Below, one piece after another: positions 1 through 13,440 of a stretch of DNA of 64,000 nucleotides (the first letter of the stretch is position 1; every line of letters begins with the position of its first letter). Origin of the DNA: Schmidtea polychroa (taxonomy: Eukaryota); assembly GCA_044892525.1 (NCBI GenBank), contig CM097885.1, positions 53,694,001-53,758,000 of the forward strand, read 5' to 3'. Both the position numbers and the translations under genes were made by a program. The notes under the pieces were generated by a model. It did no database searches. It was not told the origin of the DNA and was given only the letters and a program-made list of their open reading frames with translations.

Positions 1-839
1 ATCTAAATTTGCCTTTGAAAATTATTTCATTAAAATTTCCATTTAAATTTCTCTTTGACAATTATTAATTCATTAAAATTTCTATTTAAAATTAGCTTAA
101 AAAATTATACCATAAAAATTTCTATTAAAATTTAACTTAAAAAAAATATTTCATAAAAATGTTCAATAAATATTAACTTAAAAAAATTATTCCATAAAGG
201 TTTCTATTAAAATTTGACTTTAAAAATTATTTCTTAAAAATTTTATTTTAAATTTTTATTTCTCAGAAGCGGTTGGTTATTCCAACATTTTGTTAATAAA
301 TTTTTATTTAAAGTTTTGAACCTATAATTTAAAAATAAAACATTAATTTACCTATTTATCCTTGTATTACTTTATTTAAATTTTTTTACTATAATTTACA
401 ACCAAATATAGCCCTTATTTTCATATTTAACCAATAATTTCATGTAGTGATTGATTAATTGACAATGATTTGCATCTTTAATTACTATTGAAAAATAATA
501 CATAAAACTTTCCATCTAAAATTAACTTTGAAAAATAATTCATAAAAATTAACTTAAAAAATAATTATTTCATTAAAATTTTCATCTAAAATTAACATTG
601 AAAAATATTTCATAAAAATGTCTATTAAAAATTATCTTAAAAAATATACTTTAAAAATTTTCATTTAAAATTTTCAATTCTCAATCACTAACTATTATTC
701 AAACCTTTTGTTAATAAATTTTAAAATATAACTTTAATTTACTTATTACATTACTTAAATTTACTTATTTAACTTTAATTTAAAGTTTTTGACCATTGAT
801 TACTTAATTTTAAATTTTGAACCTTAATTAACTTTAATT

Positions 840-1390
840 TTATTTTTTTAGAACCTTAATTAACTTATTTGAGCCCGTTGATTACTTTAATTTAAATATT
901 TGGACCTTAATTAACTTATTTGAACCCGTTGATTAATTTAAATAAATTTTTTTTAGAACCTTAATTAACTCATTTTATCTCATTGATTACTTTAATTTAA
1001 TTTTTTTAGAACCTTAATTAACTTATTTGAACCTGTTGATTAATTTAATTTAATTTTTTTTTAGAACCTTAATTAACTCATTTGAACCCATTGATTACTT
1101 TAATTTAATTTTTTTTTGAACCTTAATTAACTTATTTGAACCTGTTCATTAATTTAATTTAATTTTTTTTTAGAACCTTAATTAACTCATTTGAACCCAT
1201 TGATTACTTTAATTTAATTTTTTTTTGAACCTTAATTAACTTATTTGAACCTGTTGATTAATTTAATTTAATTTTTTTTAGAACCTTAATTAACTCATTT
1301 GAACCCATTGATTACTTTAATTTAATTTTTTTTAGGATCTTAATTTACTTATTTGAACCTTAATTTACTTATTTCAGCCCATTGATTACT
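840..1390. repeat. Tandem repeat, ~58-59 bp unit (alternating ~117 bp dimer), core GAACCTTAATTAACTYATTTGAACC
   Basis: About 9 directly visible copies. Confidence 0.9.
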
Positions 1391-1629
1391 TTAATTCAAA
1401 AATCTTAGCCCATAATTTACTTTAATTTCATAATTTACTGTAATTCAATTTTTTAGACCATTATTTACCTATTTATCCTTAATTTACCATGTTTTTTTTT
1501 AGTGTAGACCACCTTTTACTATTGAAAATATCCTGACACCTTAAATTACCATGGCTTTTTAGTGATAATCAGATTTTGTATTGAAAATCCCAGGACCAAG
1601 GAGACCCACCCAAATAATACTGACTTATC

Positions 1630-2135
1630 CTTGGCATTTTGTATTGAAAATAACATGAGACTTTAAATTGCCACTGTTTTTTAGTGTAGACCACCTATTT
1701 GTATTGAAAATATCCTGAGACCTTGAATTACCAAACTTTTTTAGTGTAAACCGTCTTTTTGTATTGAAAATATCCTGAGACTTTAAATTGCCACTGTTTT
1801 TTAGTGTAGACCACCTATTTGTATTGAAAATATCCTGAGACCTTGAATTACCAAACTTTTTTAGTGTAAACCGTCTTTTTGTATTGAAAATATCCTGAGA
1901 CTTTAAATTGCCACTGTTTTTTAGTGTAGACCACCTATTTGTATTGAAAATATCCTGAGACCTTGAATTACCAAACTTTTTTAGTGTAAACCGTCTTTTT
2001 GTATTGAAAATATCCTGAGACTTTAAATTGCCACTGTTTTTTAGTGTAGACCACCTATTTGTATTGAAATTATCCTGAGACTATGAATTACCAAACTTTT
2101 TTAGTGTAAACCGTCTTTTTGTATTGAAAATCCCA
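1630..2135. repeat. Tandem repeat, 60 bp unit arranged as a 120 bp dimer (TTAGTGTAGACCACC.../TTAGTGTAAACCGTC...)
   Basis: Lines 1681-2101 alternate almost identically with a 120 bp period. Confidence 0.95.
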
Positions 2136-2406
2136 GGACTATGGAAACCCCCCCCCCCTACTCTAGTCTGAATAATCCATGTTTTTTTATTGAAGACTAC
2201 CTTTTTCTATTGAAATTCTCAGGACCAAGGAGACCCACCCAAATAATATTTATTCTTGGCTTGTTTATTGAAAAAAGATTTTTGTATTTAAAATCCCAGA
2301 AAAAAAACATTGGAGCGTACGGCAACAATTATGTAATCAAAAAATGTCTACGGAAAAAAATTATGCCCCCCCCTCTATTGTTGCGGGGAGCCCCTAACTA
2401 CCTACT

Positions 2407-2716
2407 TACAAGGAATGACTTAGTTTCGTTGATGCTTAATTTCGTTATTTATTCTGAATGTCCATATAATATATCAATTTGTTTACCATCTTCTAAACAC
2501 CATGCACTTATAGTATCATTCATTCCACCAGTGAATGCGACTCTCGATTTATTGTGACAAAACAACATTCGAATGACCACTCAAAACAAATTTTGCATAG
2601 TCTTTAAATGGAATAATTTCTTCAAATCCATCCTCATCAAGATCTGTTTCACATTCTTCAATTACTTCGTCATATTCACTATCACAAGCATTTTCAAAAT
2701 TGATACCATTCTCCAT
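2407..2716 (-). pseudogene. WD40-repeat gene 5' fragment (AAMP/Sqt1-like), with a frameshift and a stop, truncated by the element end at 2406
   Basis: Acidic N-terminus then KFVLSGHSNVV. After a frameshift near 2560 the frame reads RVAFTGGMNDTISAWCLEDGKQIDILYGHSE*ITKLSINETKSFLVS (GH...W pattern). Confidence 0.7.
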
Positions 2717-4074
2717 TTCGAAATGATCAAGCAAAGTGAATTTAAAATCTTTATTTTTAAAAACAAAATACCAAATTTTAAAAAATATCACCTTTTAAAC
2801 AAAACTGCTCGAAATTCCAATAAATCATAAATTCCAAAAAACTCGACATAAAATCCAAAACTCCAAATCGACAATTAAAAAACTAAATCAATTCCATTTC
2901 AAAACATTGTTCGCGTCAGTTTGCGGACACATGGAAAATTCAAATTCATAACAAAACACACATAGACGCGACAATCAAACTCAGGATTAACCACTATACG
3001 TTTCTCTTATTTTAAACTTTTGACTTCACTTTCCCTTTTCTCTCTAATTCCAGTCGTGTTGCTTTTTATGGTCAGCAATCTAATGGTACTTATTGATATT
3101 GACTTCAATTTCAATATCTCTTCCAGCACATTTTGTTTGGTCCTCTCCAATTACCTTACTATCCTGCCAGCTTTCGAAATATGCCAATTTAATTTCGGCT
3201 TTGTTTTTGTTCTCCTTTCTTCATTTTGTAATTTTCAATTAAAAATGACCTTATCTTCATTGATTGTTTGATTGTTTATTTTTTAGAATTCTTTATCATT
3301 TCTTTTTTGTTTCCTCATTTCTTCTGCTCCCTCTTATTTTCATAGATTGTGGAGCAACACATTTAAAATTTTATACTCATCCCCCCATCAATTAATTTAA
3401 TTTAACAATAATTATTCAATTTGTCTTATTTAGATATCCTCAACATATCTCCACACTTTAGAAAAATTGGTCATCGAAATTTTGAAAAAAGTTAACTTAT
3501 TTAATTTGTTTTTATCATTAGAAAGATAGAAAAAGAATTGTTCAGCGAAATCTTCATTTTCGCATAAAAAATCGCTTTCATAGCTTGACGACAAGGCAGT
3601 TACAATCATATTTGAAACAGGAAATCATTTTTTACTGACCCCCAAAACTTGTAAACATTTTAAATAACTTAAATAAGATTTCCTTAGAGGAGGAAAAAAG
3701 AGGAAAAAGTACATTAAATAGTATAATGTTTTAGTTTTGAAAAAATAGTTTTGACAAAAATTTCTCTAATTTTTCAGTAAAGTAATTTTGTTGATCACAA
3801 CTCCTTCGTATCGCCATCGGAGGTTGATTAAATCTATAAAACGGCTTTATTGAATTATATTGAATTATACTATAAACTACTTTATATTTATTAAATGAGA
3901 TTTTGAAAAATGGTTAAGAAATGCACAAGTTTGCTATCAAATGCAAAACATGTGGCCTTGTGGTAAAAAGTATTTTAATGAAAATATTTTATGACAATAG
4001 AAATAAACAAATTCAAAATCAATATTTTCTTTAAATATTTATTTAAAATAGCATTAAAACAAAATATAAAATTA

Positions 4075-6852
4075 TCAATTTATAGCTGAAAGTTGGTTTC
4101 TTATCCATTCATGAATTCTTGATTTCAGTTCTGGCATAGGAATCAGATCTTCATATTTCAATGGTAATCTATTGAATGGATCACAAGTATCATTCAACAA
4201 ATGGCGTTTAATGACCTTTCTGTCGATAATGGTCTTAGATATCGGGATCATCACTGGATCAGTCATTATTGTATCCATGATTGGATCACGATATTCATCT
4301 GGAACATTATCAAAGTCCATATTTTCAATTGCGTCTTCTTTTCTCAAATTTAGAGCCAAATTCATCATCGAAATCAATCGATCTTGATGATGAGGAAGAA
4401 TGAGATTTTTTCCTTGAATAACTGAAATGATCGTCTTGATTGAATCTTCATTAAAATATCTTTCTTCTCTCGCAATAGCTTTGATAAAATCTGGACATTC
4501 CAAATTGAAATAAATGGACAAAAACAGCTCAACTAATTCTTTTGGTCGAAAATTGTACTTTGTTGAATTCTGTATTATCAATTGATGACGCTTTGGACCA
4601 ACCAATTCGTTTATGATATGATTGAGCATTGATGTGAATTTATCAACAATTTCTTCATTCATAAACAAGTATTGAGCACGAGATGATAACTCGAGAATCA
4701 TTGCACAGTACGACTTAGTCAAAGCTATTCCAGATCCAATCATTCTTTCAGATTGTTGAAGCTGTTCAGTAACCGACTGCTGATCAGTGGAAGATAATGT
4801 ATGGAATATTTTCTTCTTCTCTTCGGCGATTTTCAGTCTCTTAATCGAATCAATCGTGTCATCCATTAGATATGTAATGTCGTTGCAGGTGAGGTTAATA
4901 AATCTGATCATCAATTCTTTGTCTAAATTGTTAAAGTGTGGCAGAGATTTCCACTCTTCGACTATAATATTACCGATCAAGTTGCGAATGGAAAACTTTT
5001 CATAGAAATCTGAGTGTGCACCGGTCTTCTCGACGAAAATGTAATATTTAATCAAACTAGTAAATACTTTCCCATTCATATCATGCGCTGCCCATATAGA
5101 TTTGACATTTTGAAAATGTCCTTGAGAAATTAGCTGAGTTATAACAAAAAGATTTCTAACAAATTTTGCCACTAAATATGGCGACTGAAACTGCTCGTAA
5201 TTGTTGATGACGTCAATTATTAGTTTAATCAAATTCGTATATTCAAATGAATTAAAGAGGAAGACAATATTTGAAGGAGATTCGAAAACTGCTGTCAATA
5301 CCTCACTGATATTTTCAAAGATAAATTGAGGCAAATATTTGAACCGGCTCTCAGTCGGAGAATGAACTGAAACGAATTTTGAAACCATTTCATAAAATCT
5401 CAAAGCCGATTTCAAGAATTCTTCACAGAAAATAACATTTTCCAAAGCTTTGAATATTTTAACAGATTTCTCATATTCAATATTATACTTATTCAATTCT
5501 GCTTGAGCTCTTGGATCATTTAGTTGATTTCGGCTCTTTAAAATATTTGTCATTTCTTCAATATATTTTTTGATTTCAAGAGATTTCTTTTTAATTTCTT
5601 TATGTTTCCTCAACATTGCAACTATGGATATATTATGACTGAGCAAAGTCAAATAGAAACATTCAGTATGAAAGTTTGTTTCAGTTATCTCAGTTTCCGA
5701 TGCTAATTGATGAGAATATTTCAACAAATCATTAAGGTCAGCTGCAACTCTGGTTTCATCTGCTAAAACTCGTCCAATATGCTCTTTATCCGTGCAAGTG
5801 GCGTTTTTGTTTAAATAATCTAGGTTGACCTTGGACAAATCAACCTTGTAAACTAGTTGCTGCAATGAAAAATTGATGTTGTTGGTGAATCCGAATCCAC
5901 TGACTTTTGTTTCATCGCATTGTAAAGCTGTCCGTTTGATGTTAATACAAACCGCTTTGTTGAGATAATTTAACATAAACTTTCTGGTGGTTGGTTTTAG
6001 ATATATTCTAATTATTTGATGCTGTTTTTCCCACAAATCCGAGACTTTGTCATTGATTGAGTTTGTTAATTGATGAAGATCTTCAAGTGCTCCATTGTCA
6101 TCATAGAATGAACTTATTCCTAAAATGCCTCCCAAATGAGTGTTTTCTTGAAATGATTTCCCATCGACTTCTAATGATGAATTCGGCATCCAATTCGGTA
6201 AAGTGACCACGAATTCTCTAATATGATCATGGTTTATTAACTCTATATATTTATTGAGCAATATAATCAGGTGATTTGATAATAAACTTGTATGATAAAT
6301 AATCTGAGAAAGGTTGCTCAAGATTGCATGGAAGGTGACCATTTCTTCGTTTTCTTTATTCTTCAAATTCAACACGGCTGTACTGAACCAATCATTTGGT
6401 ATGAAATTGGACAGTAAATACGGAAGAATTATTGAAATTGATTCAGATGTGGCAGTAAAACTATTGATATATCTGTAACAAATTGATTTACTGCTGTCAA
6501 TGAATTCACGATGAGCCCCATTAGAATATAACGTGATATTTTTGTATAGATTCATAAAGGTAAAGAAATGCAAATGTTGTTGATGTATTGCACTAATAAA
6601 AAATGAATTGATTGCTGGATAAAATTCCGAACTGTTGTTGGGATTAACTGATAAAAGAAAAGGTGGATAATTAAATTGAGAACAAAATTTAACATATTCT
6701 CCAGTATTTGGAGTAATTAGCAGTTGCAACATAACATTTTCAATTATATCTGAGATTTCATTATCAAAATTAATATCTAAATTATAAACTTCTTCTTTGG
6801 TGATCTTGAGAATAATTCTCACAAAGTTTTCAATATCATTGGAATTGTTCAT
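4075..6852 (-). CDS. UBE4B: Ubiquitin conjugation factor E4 (Ufd2/UBE4B-like), Ufd2P core plus C-terminal U-box; single exon, 925 aa
   Basis: Motifs NFHTECFYLT, SPYLVAKFV, VEKTGAHSDFYEKFSIR and LVGPK; U-box VPDEYRDPIMDTIMTDPV...IDRKVIKRHLLNDTCDPFNRLPL. Confidence 0.9.
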   Translation of the reverse strand: MNNSNDIENFVRIILKITKEEVYNLDINFDNEISDIIENVMLQLLITPNTGEYVKFCSQFNYPPFLLSVNPNNSSEFYPAINSFFISAIHQQHLHFFTFMNLYKNITLYSNGAHREFIDSSKSICYRYINSFTATSESISIILPYLLSNFIPNDWFSTAVLNLKNKENEEMVTFHAILSNLSQIIYHTSLLSNHLIILLNKYIELINHDHIREFVVTLPNWMPNSSLEVDGKSFQENTHLGGILGISSFYDDNGALEDLHQLTNSINDKVSDLWEKQHQIIRIYLKPTTRKFMLNYLNKAVCINIKRTALQCDETKVSGFGFTNNINFSLQQLVYKVDLSKVNLDYLNKNATCTDKEHIGRVLADETRVAADLNDLLKYSHQLASETEITETNFHTECFYLTLLSHNISIVAMLRKHKEIKKKSLEIKKYIEEMTNILKSRNQLNDPRAQAELNKYNIEYEKSVKIFKALENVIFCEEFLKSALRFYEMVSKFVSVHSPTESRFKYLPQFIFENISEVLTAVFESPSNIVFLFNSFEYTNLIKLIIDVINNYEQFQSPYLVAKFVRNLFVITQLISQGHFQNVKSIWAAHDMNGKVFTSLIKYYIFVEKTGAHSDFYEKFSIRNLIGNIIVEEWKSLPHFNNLDKELMIRFINLTCNDITYLMDDTIDSIKRLKIAEEKKKIFHTLSSTDQQSVTEQLQQSERMIGSGIALTKSYCAMILELSSRAQYLFMNEEIVDKFTSMLNHIINELVGPKRHQLIIQNSTKYNFRPKELVELFLSIYFNLECPDFIKAIAREERYFNEDSIKTIISVIQGKNLILPHHQDRLISMMNLALNLRKEDAIENMDFDNVPDEYRDPIMDTIMTDPVMIPISKTIIDRKVIKRHLLNDTCDPFNRLPLKYEDLIPMPELKSRIHEWIRNQLSAIN

Positions 6853-7467
6853 TTCAAAATAAAAATTATGTGAATCTTTAAATTAATTTTTCGAACAAAT
6901 TTTATTTTATTATTTTAATATGTAATTTAAAATTTTTAATTGATATTATTTAAATAAAATTTTAAAATTTAATAAAATATTTTATTTATTACATTTTTAA
7001 AATTATAAAAATATGGAATGGTAGTAATTGGTAGATTTTATTTGAAAGTTTTATTTGAAATTAAAGAAAATTATTTATTTATATTTTAAATTTTTTAGGG
7101 CATTTTTATTATCTTTTTAATTATTTTTCAATAAATCATGTCAGTGAAAATTTAAATTTTATATTCTATATAAATATAATTTTAAATATCAAATTTTAAA
7201 TTTAAATCTCAAATATTGTATAATAATAACATATTTACTTCTTTAAATTTTCACCTCTGACATATTTTCAATTGACATTGTATTTATTTATTAAAAAATT
7301 GACTATGAATCAGTTAAGATATCTATGTTTTTTTAATATTCACGAATTTTCTGGATAATCTTTTTCAAGTGTAAAAATAAAAGACTGTCCCGAAAATTCG
7401 TTAATATAAAAAACATATCTTTCATATCTTTACTGATTCATAGTCAATGTTTTAATAAATAAATATA

Positions 7468-7839
7468 CAGTGGCGTACCAAGGATTTCTGGGGCCCTTGT
7501 GCAGATTTTGGGACACACAAAATTTGACGTTTTATTAATAAACAAGTCCTCATCACATAAAAAAAAACCAACGTCAAGTAAAGCAAATAATTTAATAGAT
7601 GAATGGGTGTGACATATGTGGTTTACAACTATATCCAATATAGATTCCTAATAATATTAAATGTATAAACCGTCCAAACTGTGGTTGCTGTCTTAATAAA
7701 AACAAAACAAACGCCAAAGCGATGCTTGGTTTGATGACAATCGGGGAATTTATAATGCTCGAACGTATAAATTTTACTAATTTTTCGTCCTGGGCCCTTG
7801 TGCCGTGCACAACCTGCACAACCTATTGCTACGCCACTG
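7468..7839. mobile_element. hAT-type MITE, 372 bp
   Basis: TIR CAGTGGCGTA...TACGCCACTG; perfect 8 bp TSD TAAATATA at 7460-7467 and 7840-7847. Confidence 0.9.
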
Positions 7840-8368
7840 TAAATATAACATATATTAAATATATTTAAATTGTATTAATAAATTTGAATGTCTTCAAAAG
7901 TTAGTGATTCAATATAATAGAAAATTATAATTCTAAGAGAATGCCTAATTTTCAATATTTATTTATTTATTTATTTATTTAAATTTTTAATTTCTTTAAA
8001 TTACACTTTTTCTTGTTTTTATATTTTTACAAGAATTTAAATTTATTTATTCTGAAAAAATTATTGAAATGTTATTATAAAAAAATATTAAATTTATACT
8101 TTAGTTACTGTGAGAATATAATTAAATTAATTAAATAAATAAATAAAAGTAAAATAAAATATTAAAAAATGCATTAATGGAATTATTGATGATTGTTTTT
8201 TGTTGTGAATTATAAAAAAATTAAATATTTCAATAATAATTGCGATTGCCCATTGGATTCAAATGTAGTTAGTGATGTCTGTTTTAATGAATTGATGACT
8301 TTGGATGCAATAATGACGATACATTTACTTTCGATGAATATTTTTGTTTAATAAATTAACTGATAAAC

Positions 8369-9328
<960 letters not shown>

Positions 9329-10469
9329 TAATAAACAAATTTAATATGATAAATTTAATGGAGACTTAATATATCTGTTTATATTAATATCTCATGTGTT
9401 CAGATATAACAAACTTTCAACACATTTTACCATTATTTGTTTTGCTTCTACACTGAATAGTTAACAAAATATAGAATTTATGTTGTGAAATACATCTTTT
9501 GACGTCATTTAACGATAAAAACATATCAAAGTCCAGCCTACAGATTCCCTTATTTTTCGACATTGTGAATATATCCATCATCGTCAGTTAAGAAATTAAA
9601 GTACGAGCTACATAACTCATTGGGTAGCTTTGATGTGTTATGCACATAGCATCTATTTTTTTCGAAAAAAATCAATTCAGAATTGACATACCATAATTCC
9701 TCAATGTTAAATACTTTGAAATAATTTCGACAAATTTTTGATGCTGAATTAAACATTATTCATTCTCGCATTTCAAGAGTTTTCATATTTACTCCCGGAC
9801 TTGCTGATAGGAAACTTGATTCTGTCATCTTTCTTCCTATTTGCTTTCAACCAAGTCTTATTTGTCAAATCATTAAAATTTGAAACAGTTTAATATTTAA
9901 ATACTTATAACCATAAATCTCTATACTTAAAATTTACAAAATATTAAATACAATTATAAATCTTTATAATTTGTCAATAATTTTTATAAAATTGTAATCA
10001 TGAATAATTAGGTACTTCGGTTCTCCAACACAAAGAAAATAAGGTATTCTATATTTTCGTTAATTGACATCTTTTATGACGCTCTCTATTTATGCAGTTT
10101 TCCAAAGTTCAAAACTTTCAAATTTATTTTGGCAATGTTCGTCAAACTATAGTGAACCAAAAGTTGGAAATTTGTTTATTCATACTTATTTTAAACTAAA
10201 GATTCGAAATATTTCATAAGAATCTACGGGTTCACAGTCCAAGTAAATTAATATTCAAACTCTACCCAAAAAGGTAAATAAATATAAATTTTCTGCAAAA
10301 TGATTAATTTAAATATTAAAAATATTAGTTTTTAAATTTTAAAAGATTTATTACATTTTTTATAACATAAATGAATTTTAGAATCATTTGAAGAGGAAAA
10401 ATTATTGTTGTAGCAGTCTAAATAAGACTGATGCCCTATCTTAGTGTTCCCTAACTGAACTCATTTAGC

Positions 10470-12690
10470 CCTAAGTGTTGCATTATCTCCTAATAAACTA
10501 AACACTTAGGGCGCAAAAAAACCCACTTACTATAGCCCAGCCCTTTACTCTCATCCTTAAACTTTCCTATTACCGAATCCAAGCTCTTTGAATGCAAAGG
10601 ATGAGCAGGGTCGTAATTCGATGTATCTAGAAGGCTGTCTCTTATCATTGCAGGCAAAAAAGTGTCAAGCTTACAGTGCTTTATCTCTAAGAAAAAGGAG
10701 TCAGTGTCGCCGGCAACAATATTTATTTCACAATTAAACTCTGTCCTATATTTCGCCAGTTCATTATATTGGAGCTGGTACACTCTCAGTTTAGACAGAT
10801 CTAGTACTGATTGACCAATGTAACTGTCTAAACATTAGAGTCCTTATTCAGATGTGCCGCAATCAAGTCCTCATCGATTCTGATTGATTTCCTGAAAGTT
10901 GGCTTTGAGGCATATACAATCACCTTTTCAGCTGAATTGCATAGCCTCAAATTCATCCTTTTCTTTAAGTTCTTAACGGATTTCCCGTAAAAGCTGCTGT
11001 TATAAAGCTTAAACAAATCTCTATATAACTTACTGGTTGATTAGGCTCTTAATGTAGTGTTTTTATTTATATAAAAACGAAATATAGGTGCTTGTGTGAA
11101 TTTAAATGCTCTATAAATTTTAACAACCGTCGCACCGAGTGAAAGATAATGTTTAAGAAGCCTACAATGAAGAACATGGTTCTTCTTTGGCCAATGCGTG
11201 AGCATCAGCCTCTTAACTTTGGAGTTTGGTGGACACATCTTTTCCGGAGCAATAGGAAAGTCATTCAAGATGTCATGCAAACATTCAGGTATATCGATGT
11301 TAACCTCCATAGTATACCCATATGGAAGGTTATCAATATCATCATTCACACATTCCGAAAGTACAGTATCCAAATCATCATACACCCATACAAAGTCAGA
11401 ATAAGGCAGATTTTGACTTAAGGCCCAACCATACAAGTTGTTAATGTCTATTTACAAGAGTTCTATGTATTCAGAACTTGCAACATAATGTTTTTAACAA
11501 ATGTTAACCCACCCGGTATCCCTCCTTCATAGAAATTGAATATTTCCATGTCCTGCAGAAGTTTTATGAGTTCCGTTAATGTCATAAGCGCTGAGGCCCA
11601 TGAAATACCGGGAATTCCATAGAAATTAAGAGGCTCCAGACCATTGTAAGTATTGTAACTCATTTAATTGTCTTTGCACCGAATTGCTGAAAATAGTCTG
11701 AGAGGAGAAATACTTTTAATTTAAGATAAGTTAACATGTAATCTAACATGTTGTTGCAATTTTGGTGAGTCCAAATAACTTGGGCTAATGCATACTCATC
11801 ATTAGATACAGAATCACAGATCAGAGGTAATTCAAGAGTCGATTCTAGAACCTCAAGAGATGTGGCAAAGTCATAAGGAAACATACATTTGGCTCGAACA
11901 ATTGCGCCATCAAAAGCAGAAGAAGTTAAAGGCAGATCGGAAAAAGTCTTAACTGCTTTTGCTAATGATGAATTAACAAACTGCATGCTGTCAATAAAAC
12001 GAACAGGCAATTTGTTAATTTACGCGATTAGGGAGATGAATTTTTGAGTAGTAGTCATAATAATATTTAATTCTCAAGAAGGAAAATTATTAAGACCATA
12101 CTTCAAAATATGATGAAGATCAAACCCCCTCAAATTATGAAAAACAACAGGTAACTGTCTCTGAATTCGCCGAGACACATTAAATTTCCTGCAAGCAGCA
12201 CCTAAATACTTACCAGAGAAGTGGCAATGATCCCTAACTCTATCTACAATAAATTTTTTACAAAGGTAACAGGTTCTGGAATCTTTATATGCCCGCTCTT
12301 CAACGAAAGACAAGGTTTGAATAGGCTTTCGCTCATCAATCTCGTAATATGGTAGGACAATTGTGAAAGCAATTTCCTCCACCTTACGTAAGAAAGACAG
12401 CACGCAATCATCACCAACAAACTCGTAATAAAATTTTGTGTTGTTATAGTTATTAATTAATAACATGCCTGCTGTTATTGGCAAGTGTTTTTGATGATGG
12501 GTAATATCCTCGGGTAAAATTGATTCAAAATCGGCATATATCACGAATGGCGGGGTGATTGTCTTGGAATAATTTTTAAATCTTTAGGGAGTGTATATAT
12601 TGTAGTACCTATCTGGTTCTTTGCATAGGCCTACATGAATCTCATAAGCACTCCTAGGTCTGAAGCCATTAAGGCAAGTGGGGCACCAGT
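10470..12690 (-). pseudogene. Degenerate protein-primed-type PolB (copy 1) with endonuclease-VII-like insert; many frameshifts, 5' part replaced by Gypsy sequence
   Basis: IYADFES (ExoI), CYLCKK..RDHCHFSGKYLGAAC, FHNLRGFD (ExoII), NNLYGWALSQNLP (motif A), KLYNSSFYGK (B), AGDTDSFFLE (C); colinear with 58108-60696. Confidence 0.92.
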
Positions 12691-13060
12691 TTACACAAAT
12701 TCGAACACTACAAGAGCTCTCGCAACATCGTAAACAGAGTTGGATTGTTTCTTGCATTTTCGGCCAATAAAATATCTTTTCCATATAATGAAATAATTTC
12801 TAACTCCAATATGACATAGTTCTTCATGTAGGGTTGTTTTTAACAGGCCTGCAAATGTTTCTGGGACTAACATTAAGATATATTTGTTCTTTTCTACTGT
12901 TATTAATCCTCCATCAATTCGTGTATTTTTTTACGTTAAAAGGAAAACAATTCTTTTTCTCCAGTGTACATCCATTTTCCAATATCTCTCGTAGCTCTCG
13001 AAACCGAATGTCCTTTTGTTGTTATTCCCATACTTTTCCATTGCTTCTGTTCTTTGAATA

Positions 13061-13121
<61 letters not shown>

Positions 13122-13440
13122 CTTTGATTTGCCTTCTTTAGCTTCTTTATGTCTTGTTTGACACTGAGTCCAAATCATACTTTTTAATTTTGATAGTCCA
13201 TCTGCATTCGAGTGTTTTTCGCCTTTCCGATATTTTAGTTCAAAATCATATTCCGAGAGGTTAGCTAACCATGTTTGGAACTGCGGACTGATTGGCGTTT
13301 TTGTAGTGTTCATGAAAACCAATGCCTTGGGGTTGGTGCGAATTATGAATTCTTTTCCGTGCAGATATTCTCTAAAATGCATGACATATTCATGTATGGC
13401 GAGCAGTTCTTTTCAGGTTACACAGTATCTCTTTTCATGT
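12691..13440 (-). mobile_element. Ty3/Gypsy pol fragment (RNase H and integrase Zn-binding region), degenerate, with an internal (TA)n
   Basis: HFREYLHGKEFIIRTNPKAL...WLANLSEYDFELKYRKGEKHSNADGLS; LHEELCHIG...FYWPKMQETIQLCLRCCESSC. Confidence 0.88.

Larger units (their letters stand above)
1..2406 (-). mobile_element. Long AT-rich terminal repeat of a Polinton/Maverick-like element, ending in ...GGGGAGCCCCTAACTACCTACT (5'-AGTAGGTAGTTAG on the - strand)
   Basis: The same end motif CTAACTACCTACT and the internal block TTGTATTGAAAAT..CAGGACCAAGGAGACCCACCC recur at 27.9-28.19 kb. Positions ~1-840 resemble 24950-25600. The end abruptly truncates a WD40 gene fragment at 2407. 5'-AGT/AG termini are typical of Polintons; the assignment is inference. 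Confidence 0.55.

Noticed and set aside
2980..3345. Possible LINE ORF1-like remnant on the - strand
   Set aside because: It has multiple stops and no diagnostic motif I can defend
9500..9830. Short - strand ORF remnant
   Set aside because: It has stops on both sides and no recognisable domain
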